DNA of 64,000 nucleotides from Azolla caroliniana (taxonomy: Eukaryota > Plantae > Polypodiophyta): the NCBI GenBank assembly GCA_043228905.1, contig JBHGNT010000105.1, positions 22,331 through 86,330 on the forward strand. The letters are read 5' to 3'. The position numbers were made by a program, and so were the translations under genes. Positions 38,292 to 52,769 of this stretch are shown piece by piece. How positions within the stretch are numbered: position 1 is the first letter of the stretch; each line of letters begins with the position of its first letter. Under the pieces are notes generated by a model. It ran no database searches and was not told the origin of the DNA. It saw only the letters and a program-made list of their open reading frames with translations.

Positions 38292-41200
38292 TCAGTCATA
38301 AGAGAGAGAGAGGCTACTTTTGATGCGGGCGACGGTGTTGGAGATTAGCTTGTTCACCGTAGCAACCGATCCGAGGGATAACCTGGCAGTGGGTACATGG
38401 TCCACCAGGATCTGGAAGGCCAATGTGAGCAGAGACCCGCCGGTTGGCGACGAGGAGGAGGCTCGATGAGGATGGAGGGGGCCATCGGGGAGGATGGCAA
38501 AGCCCGAAGGTAAGAGAGCCACGGAGTCGGGATCTCCCCCGTTCAGAATGCCACTCATTGCCGCTACGTCTATCGGCGCGTACACCACCAGCGAGCATAC
38601 CTCGTCCGTACAGCACTCTTGCAGGATCAGCATGTTGCTCTGGTTCGAGTTGATGGGCTGGTGTGGACAATAACAACAAATCATGACCAAAAACACACAC
38701 ACACACACTTATAACATGCTTTAGTAGTTACTTTCAAGCATATAACCTGCTTTAATCATGCCTAACATAAATTCCAGTCACCTCACATAAACTGAATCTC
38801 TGATGCCAAACTTATCATTCATTGTTCAACTTGGTCCTTCCTAATTTTGTGTCATTTGACATATAATTTGATGTTTATAACTTAAAAGTCTAAGTCTTGC
38901 TTGACCATCATTGAAGGTTCTTATTTAACATTGGATGCAAACTCACAGCTAAAATCAAGCATGCATCATAAACCCATATGCCCAGAAAACCCGTTAATGT
39001 GTTTGGATTTCTGAGGTTTATTCAAACATTAAAAATCAGGGTATGGTGACCCAATGTATAAGATCTTGACACAACAATCATAATATCTAAAACACACTTA
39101 TCATATCATAGCCTGGCTAACGTACAATTGATTTATTTAACTTTTAGCTATTGCTAAAACTACTTCAGAAAATCTTGAGCACATAACATATGCATCAAAA
39201 AAATAAAAGATTTTGCAGACTACTTTACTCTCCGCTACAAAATAAAACAAGGAAGCAGGAGTTTGTTACTTACGTTTACTCGTAGAAGTGAGACACTATT
39301 TCCAGGGTCTGGTCCTTTGGCTATGTAGAACATCTCCTTAATGACACCATTGTTGGATAATATATCCCACTACAAAGACACAATCAGACCTTTTGTTGTC
39401 AATAGTGATGGAAGCTAAATTTTGTTCTCAATAATAAATGCATTATTCGATGGAAGCTAAATTTGGTGATGAATGACTTCCACTTGGTGATTGTTTTTTT
39501 TTATTTCCTACAATGGTTTATATAATGTTTAAAGCGATTTACATGAAATTTAAGCATAGATTTTTACCCTTTCTAACTGCACTTGGACTGCTATTATTAT
39601 GTACCAAAGCATTAGTAATAACAGTTATACATGGCCACCCACTTCTAAGTGTGGGATGGATGAGAACTATCACCACTTACTTACAAATGTAATGGATTTT
39701 ATTTATTTTGATGTATACGTAGAAACTCCTTCACTCTCAATCTTATGAATCTTTTTATTTGGTAGGATAGATTACAAGGTGGCATATGTTATGGTTAATA
39801 CCTCACTACGAAGGCGATCTGTACGCAAGAATTGGAAAATTTGTCGTGGGGAGGAAGGGAGCCAAAGAGAAGTAGAGGCACTCAACACAATCCCAGGTGG
39901 GTGTCCAGGCTCATCATTGCTCTTATGAATCACCACGCGCACATCCTCCGCACCACTGCAATTGTTACCGGCCAATGTCACCCAAGCCTCAGATGTTGAG
40001 GACCCTACACCTCCATTGAAGCTCTTTACCATCCTCTCTGCCAATTTTAACATGCTTCGTCGACCCTCTACATTTGGAACCACTACATGATCATCCCAGT
40101 TTTAATTAGAGGGTCTTCTAGATTCATACAATCTCAGAGCATTGGATTAGAAGATCCAACTTAGACATCTCAATTATAAGCTTTTGGAGTTAAATGTGCA
40201 TATTGATCAAGCAACAATTTCAGCCTCCTCCCTATGGGATTCATTCTTGCACTACCTAATGTTTGCTACATTTTATGTTATTCCATATGATTATGTGTTT
40301 TTTTTCAAATGGTTTCCCTTCAATATGAGAAGAAATTAACCTCCAAAACAGTAAATTAACAATTAAAGGGTCAAACTCCATAGGATGCCTCACTACCAAA
40401 CATTCTCCCTGAATCATGACCCCATGTAAATCCAAAGATCAAAATTTTCAGGTGTGTTGTATTTGATTGCTGCATCTATTCGAAAATGATATCGCATGCA
40501 CCTGGTGCAAAATTTGCTCAATTGCCCGAAATCCGTCATGAAATGAAACACATTATGTACATAAATGTCGTACCAAAAAGCTGATGTGAATATAGTTAAA
40601 CCCTTTCTATATCTATACATATATGATATATGTATATGTACATATTGTCTCTCCCTTTAATATGTTTGTTTTTCCCCTCCAACTATTATAAATGAACCAA
40701 TAAAAAATCAATACTAGAGACTCTTTAATACACAAGGACACTTCTTGAAACATATTTCTTTATGCAAAATATTTAGGAATGCTTACCAGTTGAGTCACCA
40801 GAAGGGACATTGTTAGCAAGCACACTTGCAATCCTTTCACATTGTCGTTGCAATGTTGACAACCACCGAACTGCACCAAATGCCATCCCACTATTAACAA
40901 ATGATTGATAAAGATTGTGAACGCCTTTAGTATCAACCTCTACGTTCTCCACCCAAGTTACCTGAATTGAAGGCAATATACATACAAATGTTGAATGTAG
41001 ACTTTGGAAGGCAATTATATGAATAGATTATATTGTAACATTACCTTAGTAAAAGAAGAAATGTTATAATGTAGTCATGCGATTGCACAATGCGTGTTGA
41101 GATGTTGTTCTATCTATCCATTTTCTTTCTTATCATTTATCCTAGTACATTGAAATAAAATGTGTGTCGTGCTAACTATGGTGAGGGTTAAACCGTCATG

Positions 41201-44200
41201 TAAAGATTTTATGGCCTATTTACATTTGTTTCTTGATTGTGCTTGTTGAATTCAAACATTCCGCAACCAAGAAAGTAGCTTATTAAGAAAACTCATGTAA
41301 TAAATTTCATGTAAACCTTATTGATGGCTTACGAAGTGTGGAGGATGTAAAAAAAGATGATGCAATATGAGTTGTAAATAGATCCACGTACTTCAAAATG
41401 GGCCTAAAAGTGATTAGCAATATTCATGCAAACAAGTATTTCTAGCAACACAGTTGTGAGTAGCACATGTTAATCTCAAGAGGCCAATCAAAATCACAAT
41501 GATAAAATGAGTAAATGCCCAATAATGCTTCTTACCTTTGAGTAACCATTTGGCATCTCCTCAATAATGCAACCAGAAGGTCGTCTCCTACAACGTAGTA
41601 AAGAAGGAGGTGGATTCCCACGGAGGCTATCAATGGAAACGTCTACCACTACCCAAAAGTGGTCGACATGCTTGGAATAACGAAGAAAGTAGTTCTCTCG
41701 TGTTGGTACAAGAGGTGTTGGTATTTGGAACTCTGCATACATCTATATTCGAATTGTTATAATCACCATACATCATATACTTGATGTTAATATCAACATA
41801 ACATGTCATTCCGAAAATAATCTCACCAATTGTATAGCACCATCATATGTTCCGGCGACACCCATGGAAAGAACTTCTACTATCCGAGCTCTCGAGATAA
41901 TTGAAGAAAACATTTCTTTCCATTGAGCCTAGCATGAAGCAACATGAGATGAGGGGTCACTTGCTAGTGGGAGGGGCGAATTGCACATCCCTTAAAAAAT
42001 ATTTTATTCGCATAACAAGTATTTTTACCAACACTTGATGAACATTTTTAAAAAGGGACCTTGCTTTGTTCCTATGATTAATTTCTTACACTTTGACATT
42101 ATTATTTGTGCAAGCTTCCTATATATATATGTACATACTACTACTACTACTACTACTACCACTAGTACTATAGCCTTACCTTGATATAGCTATATGTAAT
42201 ATGTATATGTATCTATGTATCTATGTATTGCTTGATTGCATAAACACAACTCACTTAGGTGTGGTGCGATAATGTGTTGTGTCAAGAGATTGATCATTAG
42301 CGGCTTCTATGAGAGAGAAAACATGGTGTGTGTCGGTGGGTGGGTGGGTGCAAGAGAGATTATCTAAGATATGTGTGTTTGCAGCATCAGAATAGATTAG
42401 AGAGGTGTTTTTTTTACCACATCCATGAAGGTTTCCACGAGAGAGGCAGAGTTCATGATGACCAAGCCAGAATGGCGAGTGACCTCGGACGAGAGGCCGA
42501 GGGGAGTGGGTCCGATGCCGCGAGGGAAGCGGCGGAAGTAGGCTTGCAGATCCAAGCAACTCCCTCCACTACAATCGGCATCGGCATTACTATAAGTAGT
42601 AGTGGTGGTGGTGGTTTGATGATTATTGTGGTGGTGGTGTTGGGCGTCATGATGGGCATGATTAGTGGGCACCACCCACAATGGGTGGCCATGTGAACGC
42701 GCCATCTCGATGAGCTCCTCCATGGATGCGACCGCCAGCTCCACGACCAATGGCTTCTCCCCCTCCGTCAACCCAAGTGGCCTCGATGCGATCTCGGCAA
42801 CCGTAGGCCCCAGCTCCTCTACCTCCCCCTCCTCCTCCTCCTCCCCCCCTTCCTCTTCCATATTCTTATTAATATTTCTATAATTCTCCCCCACATGCTT
42901 CATTATCTCCTCTTGCCCCCCCCCACCTCCTCCATACATCATTGCCGCTGCCGCCGACCCACCATTATTCCGTTCCCCCCGCATCATCCTCATCATCATA
43001 TTCATCATCATCTCGCCGCCTCCTCTTCCTCCTCCTCCTCCTCCTTCTTCGCTCGTTATTTGTCCCCGGCCTCCTCCTCCTCCTCGTGATGCCCGGCTAC
43101 CCCCCGTCATCATCGAGTTGTTCGTGACCGGCACTAGCCCATCACCTCCTCCTCTTGTACTTGCACCGCCACCATTACTCACATTCTTCCTGCCTATGTG
43201 CTTTGTCACCATATTCGTTATCCGGTCGATCTGCGATAGCCATCCCAAATGCCACTCCGACATTTACATTTTCAGAAATCGGATGCTCTTTTTTTTTTCT
43301 TCTTTAAAACCAGATTGCAATTATATGGATTGTTAATGGGCGGGCCAAAGTAGTGGTTACAAATTGGATGGATATATATTGGCTAAGAATGGATGTGAAT
43401 GAAGAATATATATTACCTCCTCTTTTAATCTCACGTTCTCGATCCGGAGCTGTTGCTCTTCTAGCGACATCTCGGCCACACTCGCCGGTCCACCGCAAGT
43501 TGGGCACGACACATTCCTCACTGCATCCCTCAACGCACAATTCTCGGCTTTCAGCTTCTCATTCTCCGTCCGGAGAACGCCATTGTCTTTCCTTTCATGG
43601 TGCGCCTAATCAGATATATATAATCAGTAATTAAGATCATTATTGAACCCCCGGGATAATTAATCAATATCATCTAACTACTAAATTAACATCATTATTG
43701 AAACCCCCCGCGATTAATCAATATCATCGTAGCAGCATGAGTATTCATCATCATCTAAATTAATTGTCAAATCAATGATCTTCACTTGTGATGCATGGAA
43801 TGCATCATGTGACATTAGAGATCCTATGGGTGTTTGTTGGGAAATGCATCTACCTTCATCTGGGTCCTCTTGTTTTGGAACCAGAATTTGATCTGACGCG
43901 GAGATAACTTGAGCTCTCTGCTCAGTTCTTGCCTCTGCTTCTCATCCGGGTGAGGGCACTCCTTGAATACCCTGTGTGTTCCCACAGCCAAAAATCTCAA
44001 TTAATCATCAAAATCTTCCGACGAATCATGATAATACCATCTCTTCATTACAATCTATACACGAGTGTGGGAAAAATTAACCCACAGTGAGAGGTCTCAC
44101 TATAATTTGGCCACTTAATATGTGAGAATAAGATTAATAGAGGTTTCTACTTTCCGGAGCTCCATTATGTCTATTGTCTTAAAATCATTATTGCAGAGAT

Positions 44201-45122
44201 GGAGATCACAATGGCAGCTGTTGGTTTTGTTAAGCCTCGGTTGCTCACAGAATTTCATGTATTGGAATAGATGATCCACCGAGTTTAGCTAAGTTTGTGA
44301 ATTGCGATTACAGGCCCAGAACAATTGCTGGCTTTTAAATATTACTGTTAAATATCATCATAATTTGCTTCATATAACAGATCTATAATCCTATTTGACA
44401 ACATTTTACATCAAAGGCACCTTAACCTCTCATGATGATAGGTTTGTTAAGTATGTGAATGAATCGATTCCCCTCTAGTGTTGTGATTCATTGATTGAAA
44501 CAGGAGACAGAAAAGGATTAAATTGGGTTTTGAATAACCAACAGTCCAATTCTTCCAAAACTGTGGACCTAATACCCCCCCTGCCTCTGCAAGCTTTCAA
44601 ATTATCGGTCAAATTTGGGGAGGCCAACTATTATAAGTAGGCCCAACTAAGCAATTAGCTACTCAATGAATGAATGGATTTGCTGGCTAATCAAGAGTCG
44701 ACTTGCCTTTCCATCTCTTGGATTTGGTGTGTGGTGTGTCGATGGTATCGTTTCTTGGTGGGCCGAGTGACACCGTCACCATTAATCGTGTCGATCTCAT
44801 CATCATAATCAATATCCTCCAAATTCTCGCTATTACTATCTGATAATTGATCATTGCTTGTTATATTAGCTATACGCTCCTTGTTCTTATCACAGTTATT
44901 CTGATTTGTACCCAAAGTAAACTCTGGGTGGTCGGCCTCCAGCATCATTTCCATCCCATGTTCATTCTGTGGTGGTGCCACTGGCTGTATCAGTCCAAGA
45001 ATGGATTAATCATTATACACTAATAGAATTATTGAAAATCTGTAGATTAGAACTAGAATGTATAGATTAATTACTCGCGTGATCGTCAAGCCCGATGTTG
45101 ATGAGGATTTGGGCAGCACCAT
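38292..45122 (-). CDS. Class IV homeodomain-leucine zipper protein (ATML1/PDF2/HDG-like; HD-ZLZ-START-SAD)
   Basis: Exons 45075-45122, 44707-44984 ([16 protein letters not shown]), 43854-43971 ([20 protein letters not shown]), 43417-43605 (CPTCGG), 42418-43230, 41827-41928, 41536-41742, 40787-40961, 39802-40082, 39274-39369 and 38292-38657 ([24 protein letters not shown]). All phases are consistent. Intron 2 is GC-AG. The first exon is less certain. Confidence 0.95.
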
Positions 45123-45633
45123 ATTGACATGATCCTGTGTACTAATTACAATACATCTGTCCCTCTGTATATAAGATCTAGGTCATTAAGGATGGATGAA
45201 ATTAGGAGAGACAGAGATTAATTAAGAGAGGCAATTAGCACAAAACATTGTGGATCAGATGAGATTAGCGCTTGTTACGTCATGTGATAAGGCTAGGGAC
45301 ATTAGGAAGGCCTCCTAAGGCCCAAGCTGATTGTGCATGTGGTGGAGAATCTTATATTATTATATGAGGACATTATTATAATTATTTTGTCTATGTGTAT
45401 GATATGAGATTGAGAAAGAACAAGTGTGGTAGCCAAATATGAATGTAAGATAGTGTTGATGTGGGACGGTGGGAATTGATCATTAGGTGTGTCGGAAGCG
45501 TGTGTCAATAATGGGGTAGAAGTTGTCGATTCATGGCCCCAGTGTGGCTCGTGATACGCTGAGAGAGAGAGAGAGATACATAGATTAGATCGGACAATAT
45601 GGATGAATGGATGGATGGATAGATAGATAGATG

Positions 45634-45664
<31 letters not shown>

Positions 45665-45783
45665 TTTAATAGTATATGTCCGCAATAGTTATTCGTCGAA
45701 AAAGGAACGTCTTCGTGAAAGGTGTTTCGGAGATGCCGTGAGATACTCGAGAACTCTACTAGAATGTGTTAAGTTTTCGCACC

Positions 45784-46160
45784 TTATAGTCCCCCCAATA
45801 TTAAGACTAGGAGGTTTGAAATGTCGTGTCCGAGTCTGAGGTTTCGTCGCCCTCTCAAAGTCCCTTTCAAAAGTCCTTTAAAAGCACTGTTAGCTTCAGT
45901 CACATTGGTCATGTATTGCTTCCTTTTCTCCTCGTTAATGTGCCAACAAACACCTCGCTCTATGCATCGAAAAGGGAAAGGGAACACACGAAACGGTCTC
46001 ATGTACATTGCACCATCGAGTGAATTAAAAGTAGGTGAACCATTCAAATGGATGTACCTAACCCCCATGGTAGTTCGGAGAGGGGTAGATATATTTCGTT
46101 ACATTGCCTTCACATTTGGTAATCTTGCACAACATGCCATCTGTAAAAAAAACTTCAAGT
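45784..46160 (-). mobile_element. Degenerate Mutator-like transposase remnant upstream of the HD-Zip IV gene
   Basis: FYRWHVVQ (CxWH-like) is followed by MTNVTEANSAFKGLLKGTLRGRRNLRL, which resembles MULE TNNxxExxH..LK..RL. Confidence 0.4.
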
Positions 46161-47899
46161 CTACTATCTATTTTGCAAATGACACACACCCATCTTAATA
46201 TTCCATTTCTCATTCATCCAATCAATGCTACTTGTTTTCTTCACACATCCAATCTTCTACATTAGGACATTGATGCTCGACATCCTCTCTCATCTACGCA
46301 ATTATATTGTGAAGTGTTCAAATCGCCGATTCCTATGTTCATTATTTACCTATTGGCCATGACAAAGGAAGTGCACTAATGTAAATAATTTTCTATCATT
46401 ATTTTTACCTTAGTAATTTCATTGCTCGATGTAGGGTGACCCCTAAATAGGGGATGGGTACAGAAATTTTGTTGGCACCATATTCCAAAGAGCGCTTCAT
46501 ACTTTCAAAACATCGGTTATGAAAAGCGAGTGACATGAAATAGTAAAATATCTTCGAAAGTAAACCCATTATGTTGGCTTTCTCGTGCGCCAGTTATTAG
46601 TATAGGCGGTTGTTTGGAGTTAAATTCAGCATAATAAAATATTTCATCAAGTTTGCACGGGGATGTTTGTGCCTCGCTTGTGTTTAAGCCGTATGATTTT
46701 ATGATTCCTTCAGCTTGCTAGTTGATATTCACAAAGGCAAAAGTTATAAACTCATATGCAATGAAGTAAGCCTAACTATTTGTCTCAAATTTTCACAATG
46801 AACACCATTACCTAATGTCACTATTGCAAATGTACTTTATTTTGAATGTTACCTCAAGTTTGAAACTTAAGGTGTTCCTACCAAACTCCCTATAATGAGA
46901 CAAAATGCTTTAAATTGTGAAGTTGATACAATATATTGTATGTTATCAACTTACGTTACTTTCAATTGATATTTGGAGTCTCTACAAATGTATATGCATT
47001 ACTATTAGATATAATGGTATATTCAAAAGTTCTATCACTAGTACTCAACATTGTGATTTCTTTTCCATTCGAAAAGTTGAGAACTAATTATATCTATTGC
47101 TATCACAGTTGTTGTTGCATTGCTAGTACATACATGGGGAGTTTCAAACTTGATAACTTTTGAGGATGCTTTTCATATTGCTCCATTAAAGTTGCTCGTG
47201 ACTAATTGGGAAGTTGTTATACATGTTATTTTTTGTGCACATGGCAATTGTTGCTTGTTCAACATAAATCACCCTCTTAGAGCTTGAAACAAAGTTTAAC
47301 AATTCAAATGTATATTTTCCTCTTGAATTTCCTTGTGCATGTGTTAAGAACTTGCACACACACTTGAGCTTGGTTCATATCTAATTTAGTTTTGGTATTC
47401 AATTTGACGAAAAAAGTTACTCCATACATTTCGCAATTCTAACTTTTTTGTGGACACAAAAAGAATCAAATGACTTTAGTTTAAGCCGATGTCTAGTCAA
47501 GGTAGATAGTACAACCTCACATCCATAAAGTATGTGGTAAATAGAGCTTATTAGTTGTTCTTGATGAGGTTCTTATGTTTCCTCGTGTTGCTCTCTAGGT
47601 GTAACATACTGACGTTGTGTAGGCTTTGTGGAGAAAAGTTCCATTATATTATACCCCAAAGTTTGAGCAAGTCTATTATTATCAACCGGTAATAAGCGTT
47701 GATTGGTTCTTTTTCTATGTTGTTTCTCCTTTCATAACGTTAATGATCCATCCACGCTCCTATCCTTTGTTCCATAAAGGAATAACCGTTTGTACATGTG
47801 TTCGTTAATTCGAGGTGCACATGCTTCGACAAAGATCTTATACATAATGTTGTATATTATGGCATCTCTATAGTTGTGCATTCCCCCCCTTGTCCCTTT

Positions 47900-48130
47900 T
47901 ATTTACGGATCCTCTTTATTATTGTTCATGTTAACGTAGTCAAGCAATACGTCTCTAATTATTGATGAAATTAGACAAACGTGCCCCAATTGATGAAAAG
48001 AATAATGCGACTTCCATTTACTAGATACTTTATCAAGGTAAATTGTACAACCATGCCACCATAAAGCTTGTCTTAAATCCACTTTGTTGATTGTGGCTCT
48101 TGCATTTCCTTGTTGTCTGGTTACCATTTA
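47900..48130 (-). mobile_element. Possible hAT transposase (DUF659-like) remnant
   Basis: LWWHGCTIYLDKVSSKWKS resembles the W..GCTIMSDGW motif. Heavily degenerate. Confidence 0.3.
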
Positions 48131-51100
48131 AAAAAGACCAGTGCAGGCTTTGTCACAAAAGGTCCATTATATTCTATCACAGTCTTTGTCTAAGCCTTAA
48201 ATATCAATACTAATACTTGATGGCGAGTTTTTTTTCTATACACTTTGTTTCTTGGAATGTTAATAACTTCACCCAATGCATCTTTTTCTGAAAAAAGTAG
48301 AAGTTTACTACATGAAGTGAAGTGCACACATGCTTTAGCAAAAGTATTGTATATATTATTGTGTGATAGCATGATCATAGCTCTATAGTCATGTATCTTC
48401 CTCTCATTCTTTCTTTGTAACATGAAATGATATCTATGATAAACATGGTAGTGAAGTTGGGCAATGTTTTAGTATTAATAAAAAGAAGAATGTGATCGTT
48501 CAAATTACAAGTCATCTTTCTACCACGATGTTAGTCAAGTCGGGTAATGCTTTGCTATTCACTAGTTCTATAAATATTCCTTAGGTACGTTTTCCAAATA
48601 TGGCTTATTTGGTTAGCTTTGTTGGGTGTATGTGTTTGCCTTATTTGGAGAGAAAACTATTGATCACCTTTTTCTTCCATCTTTTTTGCGGCAAATGTTG
48701 CTTTTTTAGAAGCATGATCTAGTCTAATGTAGGACCGGGAAAGAAGGCAAACTTGATTAAAACATATGTTGCTAGCTATTATTTGGGAAAAAATCTTGCC
48801 AAAAAAGTGAAAACAAGCTTGCCCAAACAAAATCTCCCTTATTATAAACAAAAGGGTTTGATAGGTTGTGGCATGTATGCCAATTTAATCCTAATATTCT
48901 CCCAAGGAATGTTGGAATTTTATGTTTGGTTGTAAGAATTTGCCTTGGGTTGTGGGTTGGGAGGGTCTCTCTTCCATTAGATTGATTCATGGGAAACGAA
49001 GCACAAGCATATCGGATAGTTATCGGAGATGTGTACCACCACCACCAAGAATTGACTTGTAGTGAGCATTCATATTTAATTTATTGAGAGCGTGTGTGTG
49101 TGTGTGTGTTGTGTGACACATGCTAATATCACATATGCTTAAATTCATGAAATCCCAAATGAGAAGCACTAAAATTGTCTATGTTTGTCGATGCCTCATT
49201 GCCTACTACCATTGAGTCATTTACATAGGGCAAAAGTTAGATTTAAATAGATTTGCAAATGCTTGCAACGAGGAAATGCATAATGATTTAAGCTAGATTG
49301 GCTATTGTTGTGGGGCCAAAGAACTATGGCATGTGTTTGGACATAGTTGTTTACCCCCTACGAAAGGATTGTTGGAGGGTTATCATTACGAGTAATTTTC
49401 TTCTTCCTTTTGATGCATTCTGAAAGATAAAAGACCTTCATTTGATATTGCAACTTTTTATTTTTGAGAAGCTTTAAAAAGTTTTGGAAGTTGATTTTAC
49501 CAAAGGTAATGCATATATGTATGTACATATATTCAATGATATTCTAGCAATTTCATTTTAATGAATGCCACAACCATATGTAGCTTCTACTACATCCAAT
49601 TGGACTTTCTCATCTCAATCTCGTTATCCCCACTCTTTTAATCCCGCAGGGGGTTGGGTCCATGCAACTGGATCAGTTTGGGTTAGCTTTTTTTTCTGCC
49701 CTTCTATTTAGTCTATCTCTCCATGTACGTGGTTGTGCTTCCCTCACTCACTCAGGGGAGAAGAACGTCCCGTAATCTTCAACCGATTCTGCGCTTCAAT
49801 GTAATTACCAGGGAACGCTATACTGTATTTCTATAGTCGGCATACCAAGCTCACTTTGACCAACATGCATACAAAGACCTTTCTTTTTCAATGGATCAAA
49901 GTACATGAATTTACATATATTTTTTGGCATGAATATGTTTTTATGAATAAAAATTTCGTGAAAATCTAGCTTCACATATATAATGAATAAATAAATTGTG
50001 TGGTGCTTATAGGAAGAATTGTTCTAGAATAATGTCCCTTTTGAGTATTTTATTATCACAATTTACTATAACACCAGCTTCGGTAACCCATCCCTCCGAC
50101 TAGCACAACTTACATGATCCCTTTTCTGTGACTATCTATGTTCCCTTTAAAGAGTATAATATAAGCACGGTTTAAAACATGGAAATGTCTTTTCCATGGT
50201 TTTATTTCTTTTCTTGTGAGAGTCACAAAGTTACTTCTTTGGTATCGGCTAATTTCTTCTTTTATTTGGATATTTATATTGTGAAATGCACATGAAGGCA
50301 TGCACTTGCACTAAAAGGTCACCACAATATTATAGTTATGAATAAATTGCATTTGAAGCATATAGATATTGATTTAAAATCAAGGCTTCAAAATAATTTT
50401 GGGGTATATGGATAATGTAATAAAGTAAGTGAATCCATTGTTTTGAAGAGGGATCTACCAGCAATAGATCAAATTAAATGCATTAAGAGGAGATGGAATT
50501 CTAGTGAATGAATAGTTTGTACTATAATCACTCCATCAAAGATAACTTTCTATACAATTATAAAAATCAACTTATTATTGTTTCATGTAACATTGATTCA
50601 AATTAAAGGCCAGTGTCAATGTCTCAACATTTCAATATAATTACAACACATATGTTTTCAAATTTGGTTACTAACATTTTACCTTCGCGTGATATTTCAA
50701 CAATATTTCCTTTATATAGTTCAGGGTGGGGAGGTTGTAAGTTAATCAAAGATGTGAATGTTACAATTTCACAAGTTGACATATGTATATGTAGATTCAC
50801 TCCCCAACGTATATATGTATTTGCTAAATTCAACAATTTTGCATTTACATGGGTGGAAATTTCCAACAAGATGCTTAGAAGATTCCATGGAATGGATTAA
50901 TCTCCTATGTAGTTAGTGCATTTAGGCACCATGCAAGTAAAAGTCGACCCGGAAGAGGAATGGTACAATTTTCTAAATCTCAATAATGAATTGGTGAACA
51001 TCAGTATGTATTGATGTAGATTTTGGAAGTCTATAAAGTCTAACCCATCAACAATAGAAATGATGTTTGTACAAAAATAGTGGTTATGGATCCCTAGAGA

Positions 51101-52769
51101 CCGTATTTTCATGCATTACATTAGATCTTTTGTTTTAAGCGGAACCATTTGCGTAAATGGTGGCCCTTCGGGAAACAAAAACACAACACATTCTCATGAA
51201 ATTTATAGTAAATAAAGGGAACAAAAAAAACCGATGCATTACATCGGTTGTGGTGGAAAATTTTAATATATAATAATATTATGCACAACATCAAGTTGAT
51301 TCGAAAAGCCTTAAGTACAACATCAATTTTATTTGAAAAAGTTGTGTTTCACATCATATTATTGTGCATCATCATCATCATCATGAGATTATTCATTGTG
51401 ATGTCGCCATCTATGGTACAATCATTGATTGGAGGCAATTCAACAGCATTCCATACAATCCACATTATTCTCAACATTTTCAAGGCAATGTTGGAAGCAT
51501 AGAACCTATAGTTTCAATTGGAAGACCGAAACACGTGTGAACCAAGTTGGGGATATCGTGGTTTGAAAACAAGCAAATCTATAGGACTTTCTACACAACC
51601 TGTATGACCCATATCAAATGAGGATGTGTTTAACACTTGAAAGTTGAAACCATGCATCTGAGTTGAGTTTTTGATACAATGAAGTACAATAGTGATTACC
51701 TTTGAAAACTTTTATCTTTTGGATTTTCAATACCCTACATTACTATGGTGGGGGCATTGAGGATTGAGGGGCCATTAAATTAAAGTATTCATATACATAC
51801 TACACTTGAGGATAGGACAACCCTTTAAGGATCATATAGCACTTGGTGTTGTGTCGATAAAATGTCAATGTTTTCACTCCATTTTGGAAATGGCTATAAC
51901 TTATTCCGTCACAAGGGTTTAGTAGGTTGGAAAGGTGTGGTTTTCATGGAATATGAGAGTTTTAATTAGTCATTTATTTGAAATATGTTTTAAGATATTG
52001 TAATGTAAGGCAAACAAAGATTTCAAGACGATTACGATGATTGTGAATTCTTATTTGGACTAATAAATGGACATTGTTTTTTTTTCCAGAAAAAACACTA
52101 CTTCCCATTAGTTAGCAAACGAAATACATCAAGTTCAGCCATAATCAACAAGTTACAAAACTCACATTATTCCACACAAAACTAAGCATAATCCCCACCC
52201 TACTATTTACAACAAAAGTATCCCGCTAACTCTTTTTACATGGTAACCACATAATTACATCTTCTGTCCACTAATGGAAGCCAATGACGAAAACAACCAT
52301 CTCAGTGCTTGGTAGTTCCATTTAGGCCCTGACGCTGAATTGTTATGTTCTTCTATGGGAAAACCAATTACCATTCAACTCAGTGTTATTGGAAGAAAAA
52401 CAACAACATTCAAATCGGTTTGTGAAATTAGACATGAGTTTCAAGGTCTTATGAATCAACTTCCCATATTTAATCTTTCATTGCCGACAAAGAGACATTG
52501 CATTTCCTGGCTCAATTAAATCGGTTGATCCAGCCATCAAAATTACTTTGCAAAACAAACTCATGGAACAACACACTAAGCCTCTAGCTACAAATTTAGC
52601 TCTTCTGTGTGAAAGGCTTTAACCTTTAATAGTGCTACCAAACCATGTTTAAGAAGTGGGGGCATAGGATACTATGGTGCCGGCATGGGAAGCATACTGG
52701 AGGCAAGAGGTATGTATGTATCAGTATGTATGCATGTATGTATGTATGTGGGGAGAAGAGGCTAAGATG

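Noticed and set aside
50600-51700. Short ORFs possibly from a DNA transposon
   Set aside because: No diagnostic motif recognised.
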